Shown here: positions 15,760-24,165 of the stretch, piece by piece | How positions within the stretch are numbered: the stretch's first letter is position 1 | Layout of the letters: each line of letters starts with the position of its first letter | Virus record (IMG/VR): IMGVR_UViG_3300005856_000091 | Length of the DNA: 26,931 nt | Origin: a virus | Reading direction: 5' to 3' (one strand) | The notes under the pieces: generated by a model | What the model was told of the DNA's origin: nothing | Databases searched by the model: none | Seen by the model: the letters and a program-made list of their open reading frames with translations, nothing else | Position numbers and translations under genes: made by a program

Positions 15760-16290
15760 ATGAAAGACGTGGTTAAAGGTACGTCCATAACAAAGGTCTG
15801 GATGTTCAGAGACCCTGATGGAGCTATTGAGAGGCTTGGAAAGAGTGGTGTACCAGCGGATAAGATACGTGAGATGTTTCCTGACAGGCTTGTAGATGTT
15901 AAGGAGGTTAAAGGAAATGTGTTTCTGAACGAGGGTATCCAGTTCATTTGGCAAGCAGTAACAGGGCAAACAGGATTAACATACTTCGGCTCAAACAGTT
16001 GCTTAGGTGTTGGCGATGGTACAGCTGCTGAGGCTGCAACTCAAACTGGTCTTCAGGGAACTAACAAGTACTACAAGCAAGTTGACTCGGGGTATCCACA
16101 GATATCAGGGACATCGGTGGTATTCCAAGCAACATTTGGATCAACTGAGGCGAATTTTAATTGGTTTGAATGGACAGTGGCAAACGGTTGTGGAGATACC
16201 TATGTCAACCTTAATAGGAAGTATGCTGTGATGGGCACTAAGCAATCTGGTGCTACGTGGATTCTTCAGGTGACGCTAACGATTAGCTAG
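15760..16290 (+). CDS. Structural protein resembling the fibre-anchoring domain of tailed phages
   Basis: NVFLNEG...LGVGDGTAAEAATQTGLQG...EANFNWFEWTVAN...NRK...TK.SG.TW.LQVTLTIS pattern; AGGTGA RBS. Confidence 0.6.
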   Translation: MKDVVKGTSITKVWMFRDPDGAIERLGKSGVPADKIREMFPDRLVDVKEVKGNVFLNEGIQFIWQAVTGQTGLTYFGSNSCLGVGDGTAAEAATQTGLQGTNKYYKQVDSGYPQISGTSVVFQATFGSTEANFNWFEWTVANGCGDTYVNLNRKYAVMGTKQSGATWILQVTLTIS

Positions 16291-16304
16291 TGCTGAGGAT
16301 GTGA

Positions 16305-16451
16305 ATGTCATATGTAACTGTATGTAACCAGAAACTCTTTTTTGTTGCCCCCCACTCCCTCGTTAAGCCTGAGAACCACAAGGCTTTGATACAGTCAATT
16401 TCCTGTGTTCTTCAACAGATTCAGCAGTTGCTAGCATCTGTAGGAGCTTAG
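16305..16451 (+). CDS. Small protein (48 aa); absent from the ORF track
   Basis: MSYVTVCNQKLFFVAPHSLVKPENHKALIQSISCVLQQIQQLLASVGA fills the gap; GAGGATGTGA RBS; resembles a motif in the next protein. Confidence 0.7.
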   Translation: MSYVTVCNQKLFFVAPHSLVKPENHKALIQSISCVLQQIQQLLASVGA

Positions 16452-16465
16452 CGGGGTAGTGGTTA

Positions 16466-19123
16466 GTGTCGTTCACATCAGCATTACCAACAAAGATACC
16501 GCTATTCGCTGGAGCCATTAAACGTATTTACCAATCTGATTATGCAAAAGGTTCAGATACATTCAAAATAATAATTAAATGGAGTGATTCAGCTAGGGGT
16601 TCTGAATCATTCAAACTATCTTTGAGGATTAGTGATAGTGGTAAGGGTTCTGATGTATTCAAACTAATGGTTGTTGTTTCTGACATTGGCAGATCATCGG
16701 AGTTGTACAGGCTACAACTTCTCACTTTAGATGTTGGTAGGGGTGCAGATTCATATAAGCTGGCTTTAAAGGTTCTTGATTCTGGTAAAGGATTTGAGTA
16801 CTTTGGTTCGTTTATAAGGGTTGCTGATTCTGCTAAAGGAATCGAGTCTCTATTGATAAAGTTGCGTGGCTCTGATAGTGGTTATGGATCCGAATCATTT
16901 AGACAAGTACTTAGGTTTGCTGATTCTGCTAAAGCGACAGATGTTTTTAGGCTGTCATTGTTGTCAGTTGATTATGGGAGAGGTGTAGATACGTATGGTG
17001 TATTGCTTAGATATGCTGATATTGGGAAGGGTTATGAAGCTTATAGTACAGCTCTGAGGGTTTCTGATAGTGGTTCGGGTATTGATATTGCAAAGATATT
17101 GATTAAAGCTGTTGAATATGGGAGTGGTTTGGATGTACATGCTGTAAAACTGCTGGTGTCTGATTATGGGAGTTGTAAAGAGGTGTTAAAGCTTTCTCTG
17201 ATAGGTGTAGATGTTGCAAGTTCTGTTGAAAAGTTTGGCGTGGTTTCAAATATCTTGTTATATGATAGAGGGTATGGTATTGAGAGTCACTCAATTCTTG
17301 GATTGATTGGTGATCGTGATAGCGGTAAAGGCTATGAGGTGTGGACATCTGTTGGCAGGATACCTGTGAGCGATTCTGCAAAGCTGATTGATATTGGCAC
17401 TATTAAGCTTTCCGTGACCGATTCTGCAAAATATTTTGACTCATTGCGATCTAGGTCATTTTTGTTCTCAGACTATGCTATTGGATTTGAACTTAGCATA
17501 CCTGCTAGGAAACCGATTAGAACTGTTGATGAATGTCTAAGCATTTTGAGAGGTATTATTCCTGAGATCGACTATAATAAGGAGGTTAGGAGCTACCACA
17601 TTAACTATCCTTTTGAGTGTGCTAATCTAGCTGTTGACCTTCTTGGAAGGGCTATTCAGAGGGTTATTGAGAAGGGTTTGTACAGAAAGAGATGGGGCGA
17701 CGTAGTATCATTAAAGGATGTTATTGAGCTGTATCAAGAGGCTCAGAGGTTTGTAAATGCCTATAGAATCCTCAAGTCGATGGACATACTTACACCTGAC
17801 CATGAGAACTTCCTCATAGAGATAATATACAATGTTTGGCAAGCTATTCAGAAGCTGAGCTGGGTAATAACGCAAACAGTTGGTATATCTGCTGAGGATT
17901 GGCTAAGTATCAGGGCTTGGTTAAAGCCTGAGGTTATGTACAGGGTATCACAAATTGATGTTGGTAGGGGGATTGAGAGGTACATAGCGTTTGTTAGAGG
18001 GGTTCTTGTTGCATCTTCATCAATTAGCCTTGAGGATGTTGCTAAGATAATCAGATCTGTGTCATTCGCAGTATCAGAGTCATTACAATTATCAGGCTAT
18101 TCATCTATATATACAATCTTTTCAGGGTATGACATTAGCAGAGGTTCGGATTCATATAGAGTGTCTATTTTTGTGCCTATCAAGCCAAGCTCATCAATTA
18201 GCCTTGAGGATGTTTCCCAAGTTATTCGCATTGTAAGCATAGTTGCATCTGATTCGTTACAGTTGATAGCATCAGCATCACCAACATTTATCTACTCGAT
18301 TAGGGTGCTTGACTCTGGATCTGGTAAGGAGTCATATAGTTTAAGTATCAAGGTCAATGTAATTGGCTTGAGCAACATATCAATGGCTGACAGCATTAGC
18401 TCAACAATTTCACGTGTTCTATCGCTTGCTGAAAGAATCTACATGAATTCAAGTGCACTAGTATCAGTTACTACGTCTATTTTGGGTGGAGATAGTGGTA
18501 GCGGCAAAGATTCGCATAGTATAAGCATTAGAGTTCCTATATCATCTGCTGTCTCAATTAGCTTGGCTGATAGCATAGGGATAACAGTATCACATGCTGT
18601 ATCAGTATATGACAGCATAATCATAACATCGAGTGCATCAGCATCTGTAAAAGCTGGTGCATCATCATCAGATAGCGGTAGAGGATATGATGTGCATAGT
18701 GTAATAGCTAGAACTGTAAGCTATGACACATCAAAAGGTGTTGATGTCTATACAATTACCGCAAAGGTTGTTCCGATTGATAGTGGTAGAGGATCGGAGA
18801 CATATGGCATCACAAGGATTATACCTGTTTCAGCATCTAGCAACATTGGATTGACTGATTCAATAAGCATAACTATAAAGCGTGTCATATCGTTATCAGA
18901 TAGCCTGAGCATAAGCTCAACACCGTCTCTAGTTGTTAAGGTTACAAAGACATCATCTGATAGCAGCAGGGGATCAGAGTCTTATGGTGTAACTAAGAGA
19001 GAGGGTGTAGCAGCATCAAGCACAATAAGCCTTGGTGACTCTGTGAGTGTGAAAGCAAAGCACAACATATCATTATCAGACAGCATTAGCATAAGCTCAG
19101 CAGCATCTGTTAATATAGCTTAA
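16466..19123 (+). CDS. Repeat-rich fibre-like protein (885 aa)
   Basis: About 20 N-terminal 16-aa SDxGxGx(D/E) repeats, central helical domain, C-terminal alternating SSISLxDS and DSGxGxESY repeats. Confidence 0.8.
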   Translation: MSFTSALPTKIPLFAGAIKRIYQSDYAKGSDTFKIIIKWSDSARGSESFKLSLRISDSGKGSDVFKLMVVVSDIGRSSELYRLQLLTLDVGRGADSYKLALKVLDSGKGFEYFGSFIRVADSAKGIESLLIKLRGSDSGYGSESFRQVLRFADSAKATDVFRLSLLSVDYGRGVDTYGVLLRYADIGKGYEAYSTALRVSDSGSGIDIAKILIKAVEYGSGLDVHAVKLLVSDYGSCKEVLKLSLIGVDVASSVEKFGVVSNILLYDRGYGIESHSILGLIGDRDSGKGYEVWTSVGRIPVSDSAKLIDIGTIKLSVTDSAKYFDSLRSRSFLFSDYAIGFELSIPARKPIRTVDECLSILRGIIPEIDYNKEVRSYHINYPFECANLAVDLLGRAIQRVIEKGLYRKRWGDVVSLKDVIELYQEAQRFVNAYRILKSMDILTPDHENFLIEIIYNVWQAIQKLSWVITQTVGISAEDWLSIRAWLKPEVMYRVSQIDVGRGIERYIAFVRGVLVASSSISLEDVAKIIRSVSFAVSESLQLSGYSSIYTIFSGYDISRGSDSYRVSIFVPIKPSSSISLEDVSQVIRIVSIVASDSLQLIASASPTFIYSIRVLDSGSGKESYSLSIKVNVIGLSNISMADSISSTISRVLSLAERIYMNSSALVSVTTSILGGDSGSGKDSHSISIRVPISSAVSISLADSIGITVSHAVSVYDSIIITSSASASVKAGASSSDSGRGYDVHSVIARTVSYDTSKGVDVYTITAKVVPIDSGRGSETYGITRIIPVSASSNIGLTDSISITIKRVISLSDSLSISSTPSLVVKVTKTSSDSSRGSESYGVTKREGVAASSTISLGDSVSVKAKHNISLSDSISISSAASVNIA
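18017..18214 (+). repeat. 24-nt exact direct repeat inside the fibre gene
   Basis: TCATCAATTAGCCTTGAGGATGTT at 18017-18040 and 18191-18214. Confidence 0.85.
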
Positions 19124-19159
19124 TAAATCTGTTTACTGCGTATTTTTTCAGGTGGGGTA

Positions 19160-19810
19160 ATGATCTGGATAAGAAAGTTACTCAAATTGATTTTGCAACA
19201 AGGCTTAACTGTCACGTTTACAGAGGATGAAGCTAGAAAGATAATTGACACAAGGCAGAGGCTTAGACAGTGGTACAACCTAGCATCACAAGGTGTTTTA
19301 GCTGAAACAATTGGTGTTGGACTCAAAGATGCTATCATGGACATTGCAGATGTTGCTAACAAGCTTTATGGGTGGTATGTCCCTCAATTCCAAGTAAGCA
19401 AAATTGCTTTAACTGATGCCGAATTAGAATCTGTCATCAATGATCTGAAGGCGAAGGGTGGTTTGGTTGCTTGGTTTCCGCTTGATAGTCAATACATCTC
19501 TACAAGTCTTGATGAGTTCAAGAAGATTATCTCATGGGACTGGACAGATCATCTACACTACGAAATAAACACATTTGATTGTGAAAACTTTGCATTCTAC
19601 TTTGCATCAAGGGTTGCAAGGATGTTTGGTATTAACACTGTTGGTATTGTGCTTGACTATAGCTCTGCTCATTCATATAACCTTGTCATTGTCAAGGATT
19701 CTCAGGGTGTTAGGTGGATGCTGTACGAGCCTCAACTAGATAGCTTGTTTACCTATGATCAGAGGGATCAAAGCTTTTATGCTATGAAACAGTATGTACT
19801 TCTGTTGTAG
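19160..19810 (+). CDS. Papain/transglutaminase-like cysteine protease domain protein
   Basis: FDCENFA, HSYN and YEPQLD motifs give a Cys-His-Glu triad like the agglutinin C-terminal protease domain; AGGTGGGG RBS. Confidence 0.7.
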   Translation: MIWIRKLLKLILQQGLTVTFTEDEARKIIDTRQRLRQWYNLASQGVLAETIGVGLKDAIMDIADVANKLYGWYVPQFQVSKIALTDAELESVINDLKAKGGLVAWFPLDSQYISTSLDEFKKIISWDWTDHLHYEINTFDCENFAFYFASRVARMFGINTVGIVLDYSSAHSYNLVIVKDSQGVRWMLYEPQLDSLFTYDQRDQSFYAMKQYVLLL

Positions 19811-19819
19811 GGTAAAAAC

Positions 19820-20611
19820 ATGGCTAATCTATCTTTACCTGTTCCAATAGGTTTTGATGTTAGGGGCGAGCTTGGAATAGGCGATACAAAGTCGTCTCTA
19901 CACGGATCACCTACAACAACTGTTAGACAACATGTTATATCTGCACTTGCTAATGGTACTAATCTTGGCACTATAAACAAGATTGTTCTTGTAGATACTG
20001 GAGGTACTGAGAGGGACTCAACAACATCTCTTAGCTACAGCATTAGCTATACAACTAATCAAGCAACATTAACAATTACATGTTCTATAAGCATCACTGC
20101 TGCATATACAATTTCGAAGGTCAGGTCATATAGCGGTACAAACCTATATTTCGAAACATCTCTATCAACAGCTATAAGCGTGGGGTCAGGTGACACTGCT
20201 AATGTTACTCTAAATATCACTATATCGTTCAGCGGTACACTAACATATGGTTCGATATCTGCATCGGCTAGTGCCACATACCCGACATACACTGTTTGCT
20301 ATAGAATTGCACAGGTTCTAAGCGGAGGCATTCAAGTTGGTAACTTGAAGATTGTATCTGTGTATTTCGATCTATACTACTCTGGGACAACAACTGAGAC
20401 AAGCAAGACTATTTCAACTACAAACACTGTGTCAGCTGATGGTCTATCTGTCACAATATCGTGTTCATGGACTGCTGATGCAGACTATGACCTTTGGTTT
20501 ATAGCTCCCACTCTGTATGATGGTAGCCGTGGATGGGGATATACATTATTAACAACAATTAGTGTGCCTAAGAACTCAACAGTTACATACAGTGAAAAGG
20601 TATCGGCATAA
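19820..20611 (+). CDS. Ser/Thr-rich beta-domain virion protein, probably two tandem domains
   Basis: Both halves share KIV...T...T.S...(L/V)TI(T/S)CS......Y...; end of the rightward structural operon. Confidence 0.7.
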   Translation: MANLSLPVPIGFDVRGELGIGDTKSSLHGSPTTTVRQHVISALANGTNLGTINKIVLVDTGGTERDSTTSLSYSISYTTNQATLTITCSISITAAYTISKVRSYSGTNLYFETSLSTAISVGSGDTANVTLNITISFSGTLTYGSISASASATYPTYTVCYRIAQVLSGGIQVGNLKIVSVYFDLYYSGTTTETSKTISTTNTVSADGLSVTISCSWTADADYDLWFIAPTLYDGSRGWGYTLLTTISVPKNSTVTYSEKVSA

Positions 20612-20917
20612 CTAGCCATTTAAATCAATACATATTTTTATCATTTCAAATAAAACATATATTGCTAGAATGACAAAGATAGCTGACGCCAGCAACTCAA
20701 CAACTGCTATAAGTAAGTGCTGTGTCGATTCATAGATATTTCTTAATGCTATAGACGTGCAGTTAACTATTTCTATCCCTCCGCAAAACGGTTTAAACCC
20801 TTTCTGAAGCTCTAAAGATTCTCTCATATGGTTAAATGAATCAACTGCGAAGTATATTGACAGAGCTACTAGAACAGCAAATACTGTTAGAACGGGTATC
20901 AATAGCTTGAGTTGCAT
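20612..20917 (-). CDS. Two-TM membrane protein
   Basis: Hydrophobic segments at both ends; AGGTGTGGTG RBS favours ATG 20917. Confidence 0.7.
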   Translation of the reverse strand: MQLKLLIPVLTVFAVLVALSIYFAVDSFNHMRESLELQKGFKPFCGGIEIVNCTSIALRNIYESTQHLLIAVVELLASAIFVILAIYVLFEMIKICIDLNG

Positions 20918-20927
20918 TACACCACAC

Positions 20928-21356
20928 CTATGTTTTTTCACATGGTATAAGGTTAGTTATGACTAGGTATAGAATGTAGAATGAAAGCGATATTATCATA
21001 ATCGTGTTATAAATGTTTAGATCCGCATAGATGTTTGGTGCCAGCCATAGTTTGAACTCTATCGGCTTTCCAAGAAGTATTGATAGAGAATACCATGTTA
21101 AGTGGTGTGTTGATAGAAGACCTAGTGGTGTAAGCAATATGAATAGTGTTGCCTGCAACAATGGTCTTTGCGGTGTTGGCATGACTATGAACTCGTAGCT
21201 AACAATCAAGGTGTAGAGCATCACTATAGCTGTCCATGTGAATGCCTTCACGCTCCAGTCATCTATGGCTGCATCTGTCAATCCAGTCATTATACCTGTC
21301 AAGGCTGCTAATCCATATGAGAATCTGTATTCGTGGTATGTGCACATCTCTATCAT
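20928..21356 (-). CDS. Multi-pass (about 4 TM) membrane protein
   Basis: Several hydrophobic 18-22 aa segments; GTGGTGTGA RBS-like upstream. Confidence 0.75.
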   Translation of the reverse strand: MIEMCTYHEYRFSYGLAALTGIMTGLTDAAIDDWSVKAFTWTAIVMLYTLIVSYEFIVMPTPQRPLLQATLFILLTPLGLLSTHHLTWYSLSILLGKPIEFKLWLAPNIYADLNIYNTIMIISLSFYILYLVITNLIPCEKT

Positions 21357-21438
21357 TTTGATTCACACCACAAACTTATTTATTCTATGAAAACTTATAA
21401 ACTTTTTTACATGTTACATATAACTGGTGATATATAAT
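21357..21438. promoter_or_regulatory. Divergent promoter region
   Basis: AT-rich gap between divergent genes with AAACTTATTTATT, AAAACTTATAAAC and TTTTTTACATGTTACATATAA. Confidence 0.55.
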
Positions 21439-21642
21439 TTGAAAGCACGTGAGCTTGTTGAGAAGTATGTGGATGAGGTTATGGCTAAGCAGAGGGAGGG
21501 CTATGTAAAGATTCACTACACAGATGTCATAGCTTCTACGAGGCTTGCTCCAACTGTTGCCATTAGGAGGCTTAGGGAGGTTTGCAAGGAGAAGGGAGGT
21601 GAGTACATATATGGGACATGCATAATATATGTAAAGATGTAG
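21439..21642 (+). CDS. Winged-helix-like DNA-binding protein
   Basis: VKIHYTDVIASTRLAPTVAIRRLREVCKEKGGEYIYGTCII fits an HTH followed by a wing; TTG 21439 (ATA 21427 less likely). Confidence 0.65.
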   Translation: MKARELVEKYVDEVMAKQREGYVKIHYTDVIASTRLAPTVAIRRLREVCKEKGGEYIYGTCIIYVKM

Positions 21643-21657
21643 GGGGGTGTATTTCAA

Positions 21658-22425
21658 ATGAGTAAGGCAGTCTCAAAGACATATCCATCTTCATTGGAGA
21701 TTCTAAGCAGAATTGATGTATCTGTCAAGGAGGGTAAGACAATTGGAGTCTATGGATTTAGCATGGTTGGCAAGTCAATTCTTTCAACAATTATTGCAAG
21801 GGATTTTGCTGGCGATAATGGGAACGCCATTGTCTTCGGCACAGAGAACCACTATGCTGATGAGGACTATAGGAATATGGTCTCAAAGTTCCTTCCGAAG
21901 AACCACTTCATAAACTACTGCAACAATTTGGAGACTCTGTATAAATATATGTATATAGTTAAAAAGAAGAGCTTCGAAGGCAAGGTGGTGCTGATCCTAG
22001 ACAGCTTGTCGTTCATAGCTATTCGTGAGACAGCTAGGTGGAATATGCAGGGGGTGTCAGAGCCAAGGGTCATAGCAGCCAGGGTTATTCCACAGCTCTA
22101 CACGGTTGCAGCGGCTTTCAAGGATCTTGTTGTTGAGAAGCGTGCTCTCGGCATAATGATTATGCATGCTGGTACAACTGCTGGTACTGGGAAGTTCAGG
22201 GGTATAACTGATCTAAGACCTTCTATGGCTGGAAGGGTTGCACACAGCCTAGACTACCTGATATTGATGGAGGCTGAGGGTGCTTCCCTTGACTCTCCAA
22301 GGAAGCTAACATTGGTTATGTCTAGGCTTAGCCCCGAGTCTGAGGGTAAGTCGGTTAGGTTCAGGTTTGCTGGTGATAGGGTAGAGCTGGTTGAGGAGGA
22401 AAAGAAGGATAAGGGTGAGGCGTAA
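21658..22425 (+). CDS. RecA-superfamily (RadA/RadB/KaiC-like) ATPase
   Basis: Walker A GFSMVGKS, Walker B LILDSLS, and MAGRVAHSLDYLILME...RKL resembling the RadA C-terminal region. Confidence 0.85.
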   Translation: MSKAVSKTYPSSLEILSRIDVSVKEGKTIGVYGFSMVGKSILSTIIARDFAGDNGNAIVFGTENHYADEDYRNMVSKFLPKNHFINYCNNLETLYKYMYIVKKKSFEGKVVLILDSLSFIAIRETARWNMQGVSEPRVIAARVIPQLYTVAAAFKDLVVEKRALGIMIMHAGTTAGTGKFRGITDLRPSMAGRVAHSLDYLILMEAEGASLDSPRKLTLVMSRLSPESEGKSVRFRFAGDRVELVEEEKKDKGEA

Positions 22426-22617
22426 ATGGTTGAGCCGTTTATTGAGCTAAGGCTTAAGCTGAAGTTAAAGACATATACAGAGGTAAAGTATTGGATGGGG
22501 GAGCTAGGCATTGAAAAGCCAGAGGAGCTAATAGAATACCTTCTGAAAGTGTTTAAAAAATGTAGAGAAGTCTATCTGAATATAAAAGAAATTTCAAGTT
22601 ATATGGAGGGGAGGTGA
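22426..22617 (+). CDS. RHH-like protein, paralog A
   Basis: N-terminal alternating strand then two helices; abuts the ATPase stop. Confidence 0.75.
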   Translation: MVEPFIELRLKLKLKTYTEVKYWMGELGIEKPEELIEYLLKVFKKCREVYLNIKEISSYMEGR

Positions 22618-22797
22618 ATGAGTGAGGAGTTTGTTGAGGTTAGGCTTAGGCTTAGGCGTGATGTCTATACAGAGATTAGGGAGTGGATGAGGGAGCTGGA
22701 CATCGAGGAAATAGAGGACTTTGTAAAGTACCTTTTAAATGTGCTTAAAACTGCGAGACATGTTTACCTTGAGCTGAAAGATGTTGTAAGATACTGA
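22618..22797 (+). CDS. RHH-like protein, paralog B (59 aa); absent from the ORF track
   Basis: MSEEFVEVRLRLRRDVYTEIREWMRELDIEEIEDFVKYLLNVLKTARHVYLELKDVVRY aligns without gaps to paralog A; GGAGGTGA RBS. Confidence 0.85.
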   Translation: MSEEFVEVRLRLRRDVYTEIREWMRELDIEEIEDFVKYLLNVLKTARHVYLELKDVVRY

Positions 22798-22811
22798 GGT
22801 GAGGAGAAGTT

Positions 22812-22889
22812 ATGGTCAATGAAAAGGCAACTGAAGCTATCGCTTCAATGGTTTCACTATATTCTGAGTTTGTGAGGAGAGGATTGTAA
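22812..22889 (+). CDS. Possible 25-aa peptide
   Basis: MVNEKATEAIASMVSLYSEFVRRGL with GAGGTGAGGAG RBS, fills the operon gap. Confidence 0.4.
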   Translation: MVNEKATEAIASMVSLYSEFVRRGL

Positions 22890-22907
22890 GTGAGGAGGTG
22901 AGCAGAT

Positions 22908-23207
22908 GTGGTTGCGGGGGAAGAGACTGTAAAAGAAAGGCAGTCAAGTGACTTGGTATTGGCAAGAGTATACAGCTTGCTTTTAGTGTACTTTGACCCG
23001 TACTACGACGCCGTGTTGGTGTACGACAAGATTACTAGTGCTTTATCTGATAATCAGAAGCGTGATAGGATAAGGAGCTGTTTAGACAGCTACTCTAGGG
23101 AAGAGGATCAGCTTTGGTGCATATTTAAGGAGGCTGGGGTTGAGGATATGTGGCTGAAGTACAAAAACGTGATTGGATCTAGGTCTTGCATAAAGAGTGC
23201 AAGGTGA
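22908..23207 (+). CDS. Hypothetical protein (99 aa)
   Basis: GGAGGTGA RBS; helical pattern. Confidence 0.75.
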   Translation: MVAGEETVKERQSSDLVLARVYSLLLVYFDPYYDAVLVYDKITSALSDNQKRDRIRSCLDSYSREEDQLWCIFKEAGVEDMWLKYKNVIGSRSCIKSAR

Positions 23208-23662
23208 TTGGAACGAGCAAGGAGAAGAAAATTATGTGTGAGGCTATTAGACATGTTGAGGGGTGGGCGAGTATGGTAGCTGTTCAGCTTCACTATATCG
23301 GGTTTGAGCTGAAGTACTTGGCTGCTTTGGTTAGGAAGATAATTGTGGACAGGTTTGGTAAGCCTGTTGGTGAGGGATGGATATGCGATGAAGAGTCAAA
23401 TGATTGCTACAAATATATAATGGTTTTCAGCTGTGTTGATGGAGATAGGGGCAAGTATGTTATGGTTTAGGTCGAGGAGAATGAGGAGTATGTGTTTTGG
23501 GTTTCAAGCTCGGTTCTAGATGAAAAGGATTTGCCAGTACGTGAAGATGGTGTACCTGTCCAGACAAGTCTGGAGCTTAGGGTTGTGGAGAGCAAGGATG
23601 AATCAAACATGTTTTTAGATTTTGTCGAAGAAATGGATTCCGAATTTGAGGTGGAGGATTAA
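23204..23662 (+). pseudogene. ORF interrupted by one in-frame TAG (23468-23470), acidic C-tail
   Basis: Frame continues for 63 codons after the TAG (VEENEEYVFWVSS...EEMDSEFEVED) to a TAA overlapping the next ATG. Confidence 0.65.
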
Positions 23663-23736
23663 TGAGTGGAACGAAGGTGCTTTAGGAGATGAAATAGGGT
23701 GAAAAGGAGGATAAGAAAGGGGGTGAAAGCAAGTGA
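23662..23736 (+). pseudogene. Short ORF with two in-frame TAGs (23683, 23695)
   Basis: Strong GAGGTGGAGG RBS; MSGTKVL*EMK*GEKEDKKGGESK ending in a TGA that overlaps the next GTG. Confidence 0.4.
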
Positions 23737-23816
23737 TAAGGTTCCAAAACCTGTTTAGGATAAGGAGTGAAAAACCTCCAGTAGATCAATTCTTTGTATT
23801 AATGGATAAGGTGTGA
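23733..23816 (+). CDS. Possible 27-aa peptide
   Basis: GGGGGTGA RBS; MIRFQNLFRIRSEKPPVDQFFVLMDKV. Confidence 0.4.
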   Translation: MIRFQNLFRIRSEKPPVDQFFVLMDKV

Positions 23817-23823
23817 GGCTGGT

Positions 23824-24165
23824 ATGAATGTTGAGCAACTTAGGAAGGCTCTTGATGAGCTGAGGAGTATGTTGCCAATGAGCGAGAAGGAATTTGGTAA
23901 GGTGTTCTTAAATAAAACTGGCTGTGTATGGTCTTAGGTTATAGGAGATGAAGAAACTGTTGAGAAGTATTCTAATATAGAGGATGTCCTCATCTACGTG
24001 TATAGAAACTATCAGATAGTGATAATGTGTGAAGATAATGACTTCGATCTAAGGCTGAGCTACTATATATTTATGTTAGGAAGTGTTGATGGCTATGTAA
24101 TTCATTTTGACTTTGACAAAATTGATTATATTGGGAATAAACGCAGAAATGTGGGTGAGAAGTGA
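23824..24165 (+). pseudogene. 113-codon ORF interrupted by one in-frame TAG (23935-23937)
   Basis: MNVEQLRKALDELRS...GCVWS*VIGDEETVEKY...RRNVGEK; stop directly abuts ATG 24166. Confidence 0.7.

Noticed and set aside
16535-19123. CRISPR array or diversity-generating retroelement in the repeat-rich region
   Set aside because: Repeats are degenerate, in frame and protein-level; no constant repeat with unique spacers, no reverse transcriptase, no adenine-specific TR/VR pair seen
21385-21657. ORF 21385..21657 (-)
   Set aside because: Antisense to the wHTH gene and runs into the divergent promoter
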